Numbered from the stretch's first letter, positions 11,601 to 24,243 are shown. The stretch: 43,503 bases of DNA from Octopus bimaculoides (GCF_001194135.2 NC_068987.1:46704415-46747917), one strand, 5' to 3'. The notes: generated by a model not told the origin, from the sequence alone. Translations and numbers: made by a program.

Positions 11601-12127
11601 GATTGATTGTGCTACAGTGAAACAGCTCTTATCTATTTATATTCATTACACTTGACAACATACATTAACGATTATATCTTCGATATCCTTCTATAGTTTC
11701 AATAATGAATACTTCCGCTCTTGAAATGCTTCTATTTTAACTTCTTTTGCTTTTTCAATACAAACATATAAACCAACTGCAAGAACGCGATAGACCAGCA
11801 ACTTTTTTAAATTAACAAAAATTTCTCCAAATTCGTTTAATTTTAGATTCATTCGACATCAGATTTTTTAGTCAAACTATTGGAGGACAATATTTGACAA
11901 TATTTTAGCCCGTATTTCCGACATCTAACTCTACGGTTTTCAGTTTTATTATTCTATTTGATTATTTTAAAACTTAGTACTGACGTTTAATAAATTAAAT
12001 TATTTAAAGAATAGAAGCGTTTGGTAATTAAGCTATCTACATTATCAATCAAATCTCAATATCCTTTCATACTTAAATTTGATAACAGTAAATCGACAGG
12101 ACCTATATTGACCAATACTCTGATGAT

Positions 12128-12384
12128 GGAGGTACGTGGCTTAGTAGTTAGAGTGTTGCACTCATGATCGTAAGATTGTGGTTTCGATTCCTGGACCAAG
12201 CAACGTGTTGTGTTCTTAATCAAAACACTTCATTTCATTTTGCTCCAGTCCACTCAGCTAGCAAAAATGAGTAATCCTGTGACGGACCGGCATCTCGTCC
12301 CGGTAGGATGTATATACGCCATGAAACCGGGAAACCGCCCTTATGAGTCGGCATGCCTCGAGAAGATAACTTAACTTAGTAAAA
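12128..12384 (+). mobile_element. tRNA-headed SINE family B, full length
   Basis: A-box-like tggcttagtagttagag, B-box-like ggtttcgattcc; perfect 14-bp TSD aatactctgatgat at 12114-12127 and 12385-12398. Confidence 0.93.
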
Positions 12385-12611
12385 AATACTCTGATGATAG
12401 TCATAAAAACTTATTAAAGATTATGATAATGTATTCATAAGAATCCCTTTTATAGTCAAAAAAATACTTTTTGATATAAATATTGCTTCCGTCGCTAATA
12501 ATTAATTTCTAATAAGTCAACTGGTTATTCGTGACATCAGTTTCTGAAAAGATGCTAATATTCTAGATATCGTAGCGGGGAGATTTGACTGGCATTCAAT
12601 GACCGAGCGCT

Positions 12612-12655
12612 TCCCACTGATGATTTCAAGTAGAATGAAATCACGTGATATGGGA
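12612..12655 (+). ncRNA. Minimal type-I hammerhead ribozyme motif, intact core
   Basis: tccca-CTGATGA-t-ttc-aagta-gaa-t-GAAA-tcacgtga-TA-tggga; palindrome ATCACGTGAT; predicted cleavage after AUA (12650). Confidence 0.8.
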
Positions 12656-13735
12656 TTTCCAGTACCCATGACAGACGATTCTCGTCGGCAACTGTCTATG
12701 TGTGTCTTTTTATGCACCAAGAGCCTATATGAGAGGATCTCTCAAGATAGCGCAGCATTCGGTGTTCTAATATGACATCCATGTTAAGTTGGATATAAAG
12801 ATTACCTTTCGGTATTGAAACAGATTCCGCCGCTAAAAATTAATTCATAAAAATATTTGAAAGATTTACTTGCAATTATCTTTCTCCATAAATTTTTTAT
12901 ATCATAGTATATATGTCATTACTGCCAGTTCTCACTCGCCCGTTTCATGTTTGCTAGTGTGATAACAACTTCATTTGAATTTCAGAATTGTCAATATTGC
13001 CTTTGACAAGAATTATCTCCAACACTGATGATGCATTATAAGTGTTCCAAGCCTCATCTATAAGCGCATGCCAGAACAATCCCTCTAAAAAACACACATG
13101 ACTCGCCGTTCCATTCTCCCTCCTTTTCACAAAGATCGAAATATTGAAATATTTATAACTGTAGTTTTGTGGCTTTCGTAGTGACATATATTTACCGTTC
13201 ACAATACTTCAAATAATATGGCTTTTATCTAATATATATATATATCTAATATATATATATANNNNNNNNNNGTGTGTGTGTGTGTGTGTGTGTGTCGATA
13301 TACAGCATTACTCCCTCACTCCTAAGCGATCTACTTGACATCAACCGAATTGATATCAGCTAATCATATGCTGGGTATTTTCAGGAACAGAAAGACATTG
13401 TATAAACCGGCTTCTATGAATTCAGTCTATACGCAAACTAATGAGAATATACAAGACTTTACTAACATTTAACATCTAACGTTTTTATTGTATCAGCTAG
13501 AGGAATTCGAAAAGTATTAGCTCTGCTTCGCCGTTGGAATCGAATACATTTTTACCGGATGGATTAAAAAGGCGGAAAAAACATATCATTCAGTTATATA
13601 CTCAATATTATGCATACTCGTATCTACACTTATATGAATTCAATAGTTTTTTTATGGTTTGTTTTTGCTTATAATGACTTTTGTTTGATATTCCACGTGA
13701 TACATTGTACTTTTATTTAAAAAATATTTTGAAAA

Positions 13736-13737
<2 letters not shown>

Positions 13738-13773
<36 letters not shown>

Positions 13774-14070
13774 CGTGCGCGTGTGTGCGTGCGTGCGCGT
13801 GTGTGCGTGCGTACGCGTGCGCAATTGTGTGTGTATACACACAAGTGTATGTGTGTACATATATATATATACATATGTGTAAATATATACATCTGTGTAT
13901 GTGTGCATATGGGAGGGGAGAGTGACTGAGACCGAATGTGTACGTTTATGTGTGGGTGTGTGTACGTGTGTGTGTGTGCATATGTATGCATGCATGTATG
14001 CGTATATATATATGTATATAGTTTTGTGCAGTATTTGTCTGAGTGTATACGTGTGTATATATATGTATGC
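13738..14070. repeat. (GT)n/(GTGC)n/(TA)n degenerate microsatellite
   Basis: Direct reading. Confidence 0.95.
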
Positions 14071-14731
14071 GTATCCATTCTCCCTTTCTTAGAGAGAGAA
14101 TATGAAAGTCTAAGAAAAATTGGTCGGGGGACAAATAAATTGAGTGGGTAAAAAGAATAAAAGAGAGAAAAGTGTGTGTGAAAAAGACAAAGAGAGAGGG
14201 GGGGAGAGAGAAAAGAGGAAGTCAAGAAGAGAGGGAGGGTAGTTTATTAATATGATATCTCGAAGCAGTTGCACTCAACAACAGGTAAACCGGTTCTATG
14301 GAATTTTGTCTTTTATCTCTCGTCCATTCTATAAACGCAACAATATCATACAAATATCATTGCAGTATTTCTGTCTCAATAGTTAAAAGTTTAATTTACA
14401 ATATAACTCCTCTACATCAATATATTTTGATTATCCAGGTAACTAATGAAGAATATAAAATGAACAAGCGGGGAATGGTAGCAGGTTTTTTAATTATATT
14501 TCTTCACAATTTATGGTTTTTTAAATTGTTTATGAAGGTCGTTGAGTGGCAAAGCTAGTACAGTGATGCATTAAATATTGTGCGATACTTTGTGACATCT
14601 CTTTCCTTAGTTTCTGGGTTCAAATATTCCTTAAGTTTATGCCAGAAATTGAGGCAACAGTGTCTTTCCACTAGTTTTGTATCTCTAATAAATCACCATT
14701 ATTATTATTATTATTATTATTACTATTATTA

Positions 14732-14966
14732 GGGCGGCGAGCTGGCAGAAACGTTAGCACGCCAGGTGAAATGCTTAGCGGTATTTTGTCTACCGTTACG
14801 TTCTGAGTTCAAATTCCGCCGAGGTCGACTTTGCCTTTCATCATTTCGAGGTCGATAAAGAAAGTACCAGTTACGCACTGGGGTCGATGTCATCGACTTA
14901 ATCCTTTTGTCTGTCCTTGTTTGTCTCCTCTATGTTTAGCCCCTTGTGGGCAATAAAGAAATAAGA
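14732..14966 (+). mobile_element. SINE family A copy (tail type 1)
   Basis: Full head and core; tail ...gcccttgtgggcaataaagaaataag; follows a (TTA)n tract. Confidence 0.92.
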
Positions 14967-15166
14967 GACGTTAGCACGCCGGTCGAAGTGCTTAGGGGTG
15001 TTTCGTCTGCCGTTACGTTCTGAGTTCAAATTCCGCTGTGGTCGACTTTGCCTTTTATCCTTTCGGGGTCGATAAATTAAGTATCAATTACGTACTGGTG
15101 TTGATCTACTCGACTGGACCCCTCCCCCAAAATTTCGGGCCTTGTGCCTAGAGTAGAAAAGATTAT
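14967..15166 (+). mobile_element. SINE family A copy, 5'-truncated (tail type 2)
   Basis: Starts at acgttagcacg; tail ccctcccccaaaatttcgggccttgtgcctagagtagaaaag. Confidence 0.9.
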
Positions 15167-15167
15167 C

Positions 15168-15385
15168 AAGACGGTGAGCTGGCAGAATCGTTAGCACTTG
15201 GACGAAATGTTTCGTGGTATTTCGCCCGTCGCTCCATTCTGAGTTCAAATTCCGCCGAGGTCGGCTTTGCCTTTCATCATTTCGGGGTCGATAAACTAAG
15301 TACCAGTGAAACACTGGGGTCGATAAAATCGCCTATCCCCCTCCACTGAATTTCGGACCTTGTGTCTATAGTAGAAAGGATTATT
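15168..15385 (+). mobile_element. SINE family A copy (tail type 2)
   Basis: acggtgagctggcagaatcgttagcac head, core and tail. Confidence 0.9.
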
Positions 15386-15402
15386 TTGGTGGCTATTTTG
15401 TA

Positions 15403-15725
15403 ATGGCGGATTGGCTGAAACGCTGAGAGCATCTCACCGATCTCTTCACGTTTTGAGGTCAAATTTAGTCCACTTCGCCTTTCGTCTGTCTGAGACTATA
15501 TTAGTCCCGCAGAAGCTGAAACCAAACGGAATCAGAAACCATTATTTTAGTCGGTATTTTGCAAAGTGCATCGGCAAAGATCGTTCGTGTAGACAGCCTT
15601 GCAGCATTTTACCTAGACCTTCACATTTTAAGTTCAAATCCCATTCAGGCCCACTTTACCTTTCATTCTCTTGGAACTAAGCCCTCCGCAAAAGATTGGT
15701 GGCCTTGTGCCTAATATGGAAACCA
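15403..15725 (+). mobile_element. Two older degenerate SINE-A-related fragments
   Basis: ttttgaggtcaaattt..cttcgcctttcgtc and ttttaagttcaaatccc..ctttacctttcattc..ggccttgtgcctaata. Confidence 0.6.
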
Positions 15726-16109
15726 CTTAACATGAACAACACGCAACTAAATCCTTTACGATCGCTACAAATGCTGTCATGCAGCATCACTGAAGATCAT
15801 TTCTAGCGAACACATTTGTATTTTTAAAGAAATAAACATAGAGCTAATGATCACACACATACACACTCTTTCTCTCTCTCTTTCTCTCTCTCTCACCTTT
15901 CCACATACAGGTTTAATGCGAAATAATTATTGAGTCGTTACATCAAGTATGTTTGTTTAGTTTTGTTCTGTTTTAACCTGGTGACTGTTTTAATTTTTAA
16001 GTCCTACCAATATTCTGACCCATCAATCTGTTAGTAATTTTCATTTTTTTTTATTCTGTCACCGACTATCCTGACCACCGTATCATGCTTCATGGGAAGA
16101 TATCTAAAA

Positions 16110-16860
16110 GACATTCTTTCACAGTTGGCAATTATGTGATTGATGTCTCCAGTTAGTTTTGCACAGTCTAAATTTGTTTCCTATCAATGTTTTCTGCCTT
16201 TTTCGCTGCACGTACTTGGCGGTGATCTCTAGTTCTTGAATTCCATAAAGGTAGATATCAAAGTAGGATGTCATAAATTTGTTGATACTCCATACCAAGC
16301 TTTTGATACGATTTATTCTATCTGTACCTTGCTTCTTCCATGCCAAGTAGCCATGCATAACTTTCTCAATGAATTTGACCATTATTTTCATTTTTTACTT
16401 CTGATAAATAGACTTTATCAATGTTCTTTGGAGAGAGCGCTGCATCAGTTATTTCATGCCTGTCTTCAACTTCATTAGCTACCCTAATGATATTGTTGTT
16501 TTCGTACTCGCAAAATTGAGAAAGATAGTAACTGGACTCTTTCCTCTGCTGCAGAGGAAAGAGCTTCAATTCCACAATACGTGCTTCATATGATATCAAT
16601 GCAGATTTAAGACAAAGCCACCATCCTTGCGTGGAAAGTATAGCCTGTCTACATCTCTAGTGATTGTGAAGTTTCTATCAACACTCAGTTGCTCACGAGT
16701 TTGTATGCCTATCTCGTTGGGCTCTTGCCATGATCAATTTAGATGGCTAAATGCAAATGTGAGGATAACCACTGCAAAAAAAGTTGTGGGCGGCATGCTT
16801 ATTGATTTATCGTTTTCATATTGATGGGTCCTTCATAGCTGACAATCTCGTCTTGTAGCT
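16110..16860 (-). mobile_element. R4/Dong-like non-LTR fragment
   Basis: DVDRLYFPRKDGG, KVMHGYL, FMTSYFDIYLYGIQELEITAKY, FRLCK. Confidence 0.85.
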
Positions 16861-17126
16861 CTCCTCAGAAAGTAAAAGCTGCATTCTTAGCTTGTTTATG
16901 TATGTATGCATGCATGTATGTATGTATGTATGTATGTATGTATGTATGCATGTATGTACGTATGTATGTATGTGCGTGTGTGTTATGTGTGCATGTAAAT
17001 GCATGTATATATTTAGATATTTCTTTGTGTATGTTTATAGGCCGGTATACATGTATATGAATGTATATATTTCTGTGCATGTGTGTATGCTGCCTGTAAA
17101 TCCATGAGTGTGTATGTGTATATGTA

Positions 17127-18199
17127 CGTGGTCTGATCAATAAGTATCCGTGCGGTTGCCATAGTAACAGAGCTAAAGCACGCAGAGTAAAGCAGCTTGA
17201 CACAGACTGACCTTAAACTCTGCTGTGCATATGCACTAAGTTTTAATCTTTTAGCTTACTTTTGCTGTTTACAGTAGTGCTTGAAAGGAACGTGTGTAGT
17301 CTGTGATCGTCGCATTGACCATGGCAGAGAAAGTTGAGCAGAGAATCTGCATTAAATTTTGCCAAAAGCTTGGCGATATCTGCTAAGAGGCCTGCGCAAA
17401 GTTGCAGAAAGTGTATGGAGAGGAGTGTATGAGCCACGCACAAGTGTACGAGTGGTTTCCAAGATGGCTAAAAAAATGTCGATAGTGACGAACGTTCTGA
17501 GAGGCCCACAACCAGTAGAAATGAGAAAAAAATCGCAGGTGTGCGTGCAGCTGTAATGGAAATCATCGAATCACCATCCATGAGTTATCAGAATATGTGC
17601 AAATTAGTTACGGTTCAGTTCAGTCCATTATCACTGAAGATCTGAGTATGAGACGTGTGTCTGCCAAGTTTGTGCCAAAATTGCTTTCAGGTGACCAAAA
17701 AGACACTCAGGTTTTAGTTGCACAAGATCGTCTTGATTGTGTCGAGAACGATGAAAAATTTTTGAAAGCAGTCATAGCGTGTGATGAATTGTGGGTCTAT
17801 GTCTACGAACCCGTAACAAAGGCTCAGTCGAAGCAATGTGAAGACACTGTTGACCGTTTTCTTCGGCAACAAGGGGATTGTTCATCCTGAATATGCTCCA
17901 CTTGGTTAGACAGTAAACAAGGAGTACTACCGTGGCGTTTTGCGGTGTTTGTGGGATGCTATTCGTCGGCAAAGGTTACAATTGCATGCGTCCGGTGAGT
18001 GGCAATTGCACCATGACAATGCACCTGCCCATTCAGTGCAGCTTGTGCAGCAGCTTATGCTTCCACCAATGGAAACAGCGCTGGATTAAGCGTGTGGTTT
18101 CCGAAGGGGACTACTTTGAAGGAGATCAAATGCCAAATTGGCACGTGTTGTAGTTTTGCTTTTATAGCACCAGTTCGGATACTTATTGATCAGACCTCG
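17127..18199 (+). mobile_element. Mariner element, internally deleted, both TIRs present
   Basis: TIR cg(t/a)ggtctgatcaataagtatccg at both ends with TA duplication; peptides EQRICIKFC, MRRVSAKFVPKLL, DELWVYVYEP. Confidence 0.95.
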
Positions 18200-18338
18200 T
18201 ATGTTATGTACGCATGAGAATGTATATTTGTGTATGCATGTATGTACCTATGCATGTTTGTATGTGCATGTATTTATGTAAGCATTTATATATGTATATA
18301 TGTATGTGTGTATGTATGTGTATATGTATATGTGTATG

Positions 18339-18369
<31 letters not shown>

Positions 18370-18589
18370 TTATGTATGTATATACGTAAGCATGTATGTA
18401 CATATTTATGTACGTAAGCATGTATGTTTCTATGTACGTACGTAAACGTGTATGTATGCATACAAGTGCGCGTAGATAAGTTTTTCTTTGAGATTTAAGA
18501 TATTTCCTTTGCAGAATTCAAACCGGTCTCTTACAAAGTGACGAGGCACTTTTGTTGAAGTCGACACTTTATAATGTTTCTTCTCATCT

Positions 18590-19335
18590 CAATTGGTTGA
18601 CGTCTTCTCTGGAATCTCAAATGAAGAACCCCTGGACTGTTTTAAAGTTTTTCACCGTATCATTAATTGACTCTGTTTGTAGATGCAAACCAGTTTACTC
18701 TGATCTTTTTTGGAAAACCCTAGCATTTCTAGGTTTCTACGCAGATTTGTTGCTAGGTAGTTCACTGCACGTATGATATTAGGTAGAAATGAAATTCGAT
18801 AGCTTCAATATATGAGCTGCAAGTTTCTCATTACTTCTCTATAGATGTTCTTTTTTCCCCCAAATGTTTGGATAGACATTCACATCCACCGGGTAACTAA
18901 TCTCTACAACATTACATGACTTTTCCTCCTTGTCCCATACAACAATATCTGGCCTAGTGCATTTCAACCATTTTGCTGTTTTATTGGAAAATTCCATCAG
19001 ATACACTCTGATTGTGATGTACCTTTAATAGGCCCTCAGCACATATATTCCTACTTACAAACATATTAGCGACAACGTCACGTCTTATGGAAACGTAGTA
19101 TCTCGTGGAAAATTCTACACAGCTGTTGGTGGTATCTTCTAAACTGGTATGACACGTTCAACATTTTACACCACAACATGGAGCTCTAGAGGCATCTTTA
19201 TCTCTCTTGATGATCAGGTATTTAGTAGCTATCACTCGTTCCTGGAAGCAAAAGTTGTCGCTTCATGAATGAGTTATGATGCATTTATCATATATCAAAG
19301 AGATTCTACTATCCGTGTCAATATTGATGATTTTC
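18590..19335 (-). mobile_element. R4/Dong-like non-LTR C-terminal fragment
   Basis: QERVIATKYL, C*TCHTSLEDT.NSC, RPDIVVWDKEEKSCNVVEISYPVDVNV. Confidence 0.85.
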
Positions 19336-19351
19336 TCTAACTAGTAGGAAT

Positions 19352-20408
19352 TCATAGACTGAAAAGTTCATCGGCTGACTATGAATGAGTGAGACTAGAG
19401 TTGTGAAATCTTGCATGCATTAATTTCAACTCTTTTTATTAATAACTGCATTATTTCTTTTCACGTGAACTGACATTAGGCTCCCCAAAGAGCACTTCAA
19501 ATATAACTTGTAGCGACGTCTCTAAAATAGACAAAATTTGGCATCGTGGTGTTATCAAATACCAACAGAAAAGGGTTTAGCCACCTAAGAGATTTATGCT
19601 GAAATGTTTGCTACATTAGGGGATGACGCTCCAGCTTTACCAACAGTACAAAAGTGAGCAGGTGAATTTAAAAGAGGAAAGAGAGTCTTGAAAATGACCC
19701 AAGTTCCGCACGTCCTGCAAATGACATCATCGAGGAAAACATCGATCATTTTCACCACATGGCGATGGATGACGGGCGATTGTCTATAAATCAAATAGCC
19801 AATTTCATTAGCATATGAAGTGAGAGAGTTGAGAATATAGTGTACAATGAATTTGGCATGGTGAAGGTTTCTGCTCGGTGGATGCCACATCTGACACCTG
19901 ATCAAAAGTGCACCAGGCTGATCGCATCACAGGAAAATCTGACATTGTTTGAGGCAGATCCACCTGGTTTCATTGAACGTTTACTAACCCAAGACGAGTG
20001 TTGGCTTCATCACTTTGAGCCAGAGACAAAGAGATAATCCATCCAATGGAAACACCTAATGCTCCAGTACACAAGTCCTTGGTGTCAATGATTGCTGTGC
20101 GTGACTGTGAGTTTGAACTGGTTGATCACCCTCCATCTGTTGGTTCCATCTGACTAACATCTATTACTCAACATTAAAAAATACTTGGCTGGGAACCAGT
20201 ATTGCAGTTATGATGACATTGTATCTGCTGTTGATGACATTTTTGACCAACTGAATGAAAGCCTTTTCACCAATGGGACCCAAGCACTGCAACACTGATG
20301 GAAGAAGTGTGTAGACTATGAAGGGGACTATATTGGAAAATAAATCCCTTTTGGTCACATTCCATGAGAGGATCTTGGGCAGCCTATGAACTTTTCAGCC
20401 GACCCTCC
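19352..20408 (+). mobile_element. Mariner element, decayed
   Basis: TIR remnants ctgaaaagttcatcggctg / cagcctatgaacttttcagccgaccctc-TA; peptides KVSARWMPHLTPDQK, TQDECWLHHFEPETK. Confidence 0.92.
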
Positions 20409-20991
20409 TATGTGCCTGTGCATAACTTTCTGCCCCTATAAGGAATATTTGTTTTTTGCAATCTCTGTTTAAGTATGTTAGTCCTGTCAGCAGCCTGGCT
20501 CATATGAACAACTGTACACACAAAGCACCTCACCGAGAGTTCTTAACCTAACCTCGTATTATCACATTCACTGTGTTGTATTCGTTTCTCTCTTTACTGT
20601 TTAATAGATATTCAAGGCCTTGTGTAATACCAGTTTATATACGATAGTGAAGTTTTTTAATTACCGCTTGCAGTCCCTGTTTAAGAGCAATTAAATTTCC
20701 TGTTTGTGTCTCTTAGCGGCAGTTTCCAGAGACCTTAGGTAATCGATCAAAAATTTGTGACTAGTGGTTAGCGAATTTATTATTCACGTTGCACTTAGTG
20801 ACAGTGTCTAATTGTCTAGTAATTTTTCTAACTCGGTTGACTCTGTTGTCTGAAGAGAAGTCATTTTTATTTATTTATTTATTTTATTTATTTTGTCATC
20901 ACGATCGATTTCTGTTACTCATTGTTTGATCTGAAATATTGAATAAAACGTGACTTCTTTCACATGCGTTATAATAAACCATTAGGTAAAT

Positions 20992-21241
20992 CAGGGTGTT
21001 TCAACCTTAGGGAATCAATATAAAACCCTTAGGGATCCATATAACATTTTGTTGCTAAAATTTATCGGCAATAAATTGACTCTACTTCTACAATGCACAA
21101 GATATTTTTATACAATTCGAAATACTATCTAATTTTAAAATATATAATGGGATTTCCTAAATACCAAATGACTGGGAGGCTTTATCTGAGTAAAACAGGG
21201 ATCAAAGCGGTCCATAGGTGTAAAATGGTTGAGAACCACTG
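20992..21241. mobile_element. hAT (Buster/Charlie-type) MITE, second copy
   Basis: cagggtgtttcaacc / ggttgagaaccactg; TSD aggTAaat/atgTAaat. Confidence 0.85.
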
Positions 21242-21309
21242 ATGTAAATTGTATTGTGATTGTGTATAAATCATGTGTTATCAGTTAATAAAGACAAAGA
21301 AAGATTGTC

Positions 21310-21530
21310 CTGTCTCAGTGTAGCTGATGATCTACTGGAGATGCTAAAAGAACTGAGAAAGATCCTGGCGGGTCTAATGTCTAACTGCGGAATTGAAAAC
21401 TATAACAATCCCACAACTGGAAGCCACTGCATAGTACCAAAGATCGCAGCCGCTCTAGTATTGTAACAGTTTAGGATTCAAGGGTCCACAGTTTCTCAGA
21501 GATCTACGAGACGCACTAAAGGGTGTATTT
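21310..21530 (+). mobile_element. CR1-group LINE 3' coding fragment
   Basis: KILAGLMSNCGIENY..TGSHCIVPKI and CNSLGFKGPQ; same C-terminal type as 7580-7900. Confidence 0.75.
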
Positions 21531-21917
21531 AAAAAAAGGAAAACAAAAAACAAATTTCTGTTTGAGATACCAGATAAAAACACATGATGGCAGGAAATGC
21601 AAATAAGGACAGCGTTGTCCAACTTTCTCTTTCACGAAAACCAAACATAGAGAGAAGGTCATGGAAATGAAATGACATAAACAAACAATTACACCAATGG
21701 TCGAATCCAAGGATGACCACAACTGCTGACTGAAATAAGCGCAAGTAAAATTAGAAGAGTTAAAAATATGTTTTAATGCTTTAACTATAAATTACGTCAT
21801 TTAAATAAAATGTAACAATGTTTTTCCTGTGATATTATTTTTCTGATTCGTTCCACAAAAGCTATAGGTTTTGGTCATACCCTTTCCGGACTAATTTTAT
21901 ACACCATCTCTTATTGA

Positions 21918-21977
<60 letters not shown>

Positions 21978-21996
21978 NNNNNNNNNNNNNNNNNNN

Positions 21997-22033
<37 letters not shown>

Positions 22034-22343
22034 CTCTATGTGAAATCCCGCTGTGTCACTGCCTTATAATTATTCTTTTCATCGTTAGCAATTTCGCAAC
22101 CTAGGCAGCACAATACTGTTCAGTTATAGTGAATCTAGGCCCACATTATCCGATGTCTCATAATTTTCATGACTTTTATAGGCTGTGATTTGAAGTTTTG
22201 GCTGCTTTGTCTCACTGGTCGACTAATCATAAAGTAGCCACTTCAATGTTAAACTTACCTTTAAACTATCATCTCAGAATGTAGGCGACTGAAAACTTCT
22301 CCTACGTTTATTTTACATTATATTTTATCTATTTTAATTTGTA

Positions 22344-23222
22344 TTAAGTTGCCTGATAAATTCATTTATTTCTTTCCAATGTTATTTGAATTAACATGAA
22401 AAATATTTGTACTCTTATCAAAGTGTTCTATGAGTGTTTTTTTTTTGTTTCTTTGTTTTTGTAGTTATATTTTCCCTTTAGAACTTTAAGTTATCGTTAT
22501 TGAAATTTGAATAAAATTTACCGTTTGTCTGACATATGACGATGGAGTGCCAAGTAGAAGAAAGTCAACCTTCTCTTTCCTTTCATTCAAGGTTCCAAAG
22601 CTTCCGAAGCTACTCAAAGCATTTTTTCCTGTGTTTGGAGAAGATGGTATCACTGAAAGAACTACACAAAAACAGTTTCCACGCTTCAAGCAAGATAAAT
22701 TTGACTTCACAAGACTACACGATCCATTTATTCTAATTCAGATGAACGAGAATCGATTGAACGAGCTCATTCACGAAGATCTGTGCCAGTGAAGAATTGG
22801 CCCAATATATGAGAAGGTCTATGCCACAGAAAAATTAGCTCAGTATATGATATGCCTTCATGTCACCCGTCACCTTCACTCGATGGATAAGGTCCAAGCC
22901 CCACACCCGATCAGTACAGGGCGTGTTTCTTCAACACGACAACTCTCGACCCCACGTGGATAATTTGACCAAAACTGATATTCAAGAGCTCGGTTGGGAA
23001 GTTTTACCACACCCACTGTATTCTCCTGATATAACGCTTTCAGATTATCACATATTTTGGTTGCTCTCCAACAGTCTGCAAGCCGTTTCGATGAACAACG
23101 ACGTGGGGCTGAGAATGTGGCTGGATAAGTTCTTCGAGCCAAAACCCGGTGATTACTACCATCAAGACATTGACAAATTAGTGGAACGTTAGCGAGAAAT
23201 TGTGAACAATGCAGAAGAATAA
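22344..23222 (+). mobile_element. Mariner element, internally deleted, right end missing
   Basis: MECQVE.., FGEDGITERT, LQHDNSRPH, WEVLPHPLYSPDITLSDYHIF, IDKLVER. Confidence 0.92.
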
Positions 23223-23877
23223 AACGAACGAAGGAACGAACAACCCAAAATTCTTCTTGCACACGCTTCTAAATTAACGCTCTTCAACTCGTGGTCGGGG
23301 GACATCTGAGGATACGCAAATACAGGAAGGGCGTTAATTCGTTTGATATTTACCCACCAGAAACCGCCTCTCATTCTATCATACAAACTCTTAGTTAATT
23401 TATGTTTCAAATACCAGCTTAACAATAACCAAGTTATTTAACTAAATTCTTCACTATTTTCAGCAATAATAATACGGTAAGAAAAAAAATTAATATTCCA
23501 GGAGGTTGCAGTTTAGAATGTCTATAAGTAATCACAATAAAGCTGATAGAAATAAAATTTCAAAATCCAAAGTAAACTTCATATCTTCAGAAACTTATGA
23601 TTTAAGTTTAAAACTGTTTGCCATTGAACTAAAAATTTGGAACATAGTAGCCACAAAGCAGCATCGAATATTCCCATTAACAAATTAAAGCTTTCTGTCC
23701 GTTTGTTTGTTTTTTTCTTTATTTCTTTCGGATCTTGTTCAAAACGGGGGCACCAGTTTTCATTTATGTTTTATGTAGTGTTTTTGGTACCGAAAGACTT
23801 TCAAACTTCGTATACTTATCTATTTTGTGTTATAGAACAGAAAAATATTTTTGTATTCGAATTTATTTCATGTAAAA

Positions 23878-24243
23878 AATTGTCTTATTTCGATAATTTC
23901 GACTAATCACTGACGTCTATTCAGTTGAAAACAGCGCTGTAACGGTGTATATCGTATTAATCCCCTAACCCTAACCCTAACCCTAACTAGACTGTTAACC
24001 CTAACCCTAACCCTAACCCTAACCCTAAAACTAACCCTAACTCTAGAATCCGAACTCTAAAATTGTTACACACATAGATACGCACAGCGTAATTTATTAT
24101 ATAAACAATATATGCGTATAAATTACGATTAAACCGGATGAAATATGTCACAGGGAATAACATTTTTATGACCGGCTAGCAGTAACTCTATTCAGCTGAA
24201 TAGACGTCAGTGATTGGTTGAAATTACAGAAATACGACAACTT
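23878..24243. mobile_element. Inverted-repeat element enclosing telomere-like repeats
   Basis: ~52-bp IR 23878-23929 / 24191-24243 (core aatcactgacgtctattcag). Confidence 0.7.
23963..24042. repeat. Interstitial (CCCTAA)n telomere-like array
   Basis: Two runs of ccctaa with interruptions. Confidence 0.9.

Noticed and set aside
12128-12200. tRNA-like A and B boxes
   Set aside because: SINE head with TSD, not a tRNA gene
22254-22300. Strong minus-strand donor aag-gtaagt with a 30-nt exon candidate
   Set aside because: Stops in all three frames and a weak acceptor
23225-23400. Minus-strand peptide SPDHELKSVNL, possibly an L1/Tx1 endonuclease scrap
   Set aside because: Too short and too diverged to call
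23905-23945. ctgacgt..gaaaacagcgctgta hammerhead-like string
   Set aside because: No stem I; lies in the inverted repeat of a DNA element
23963-24042. True telomere or chromosome fusion site
   Set aside because: Short, interrupted, single orientation and enclosed by element IRs
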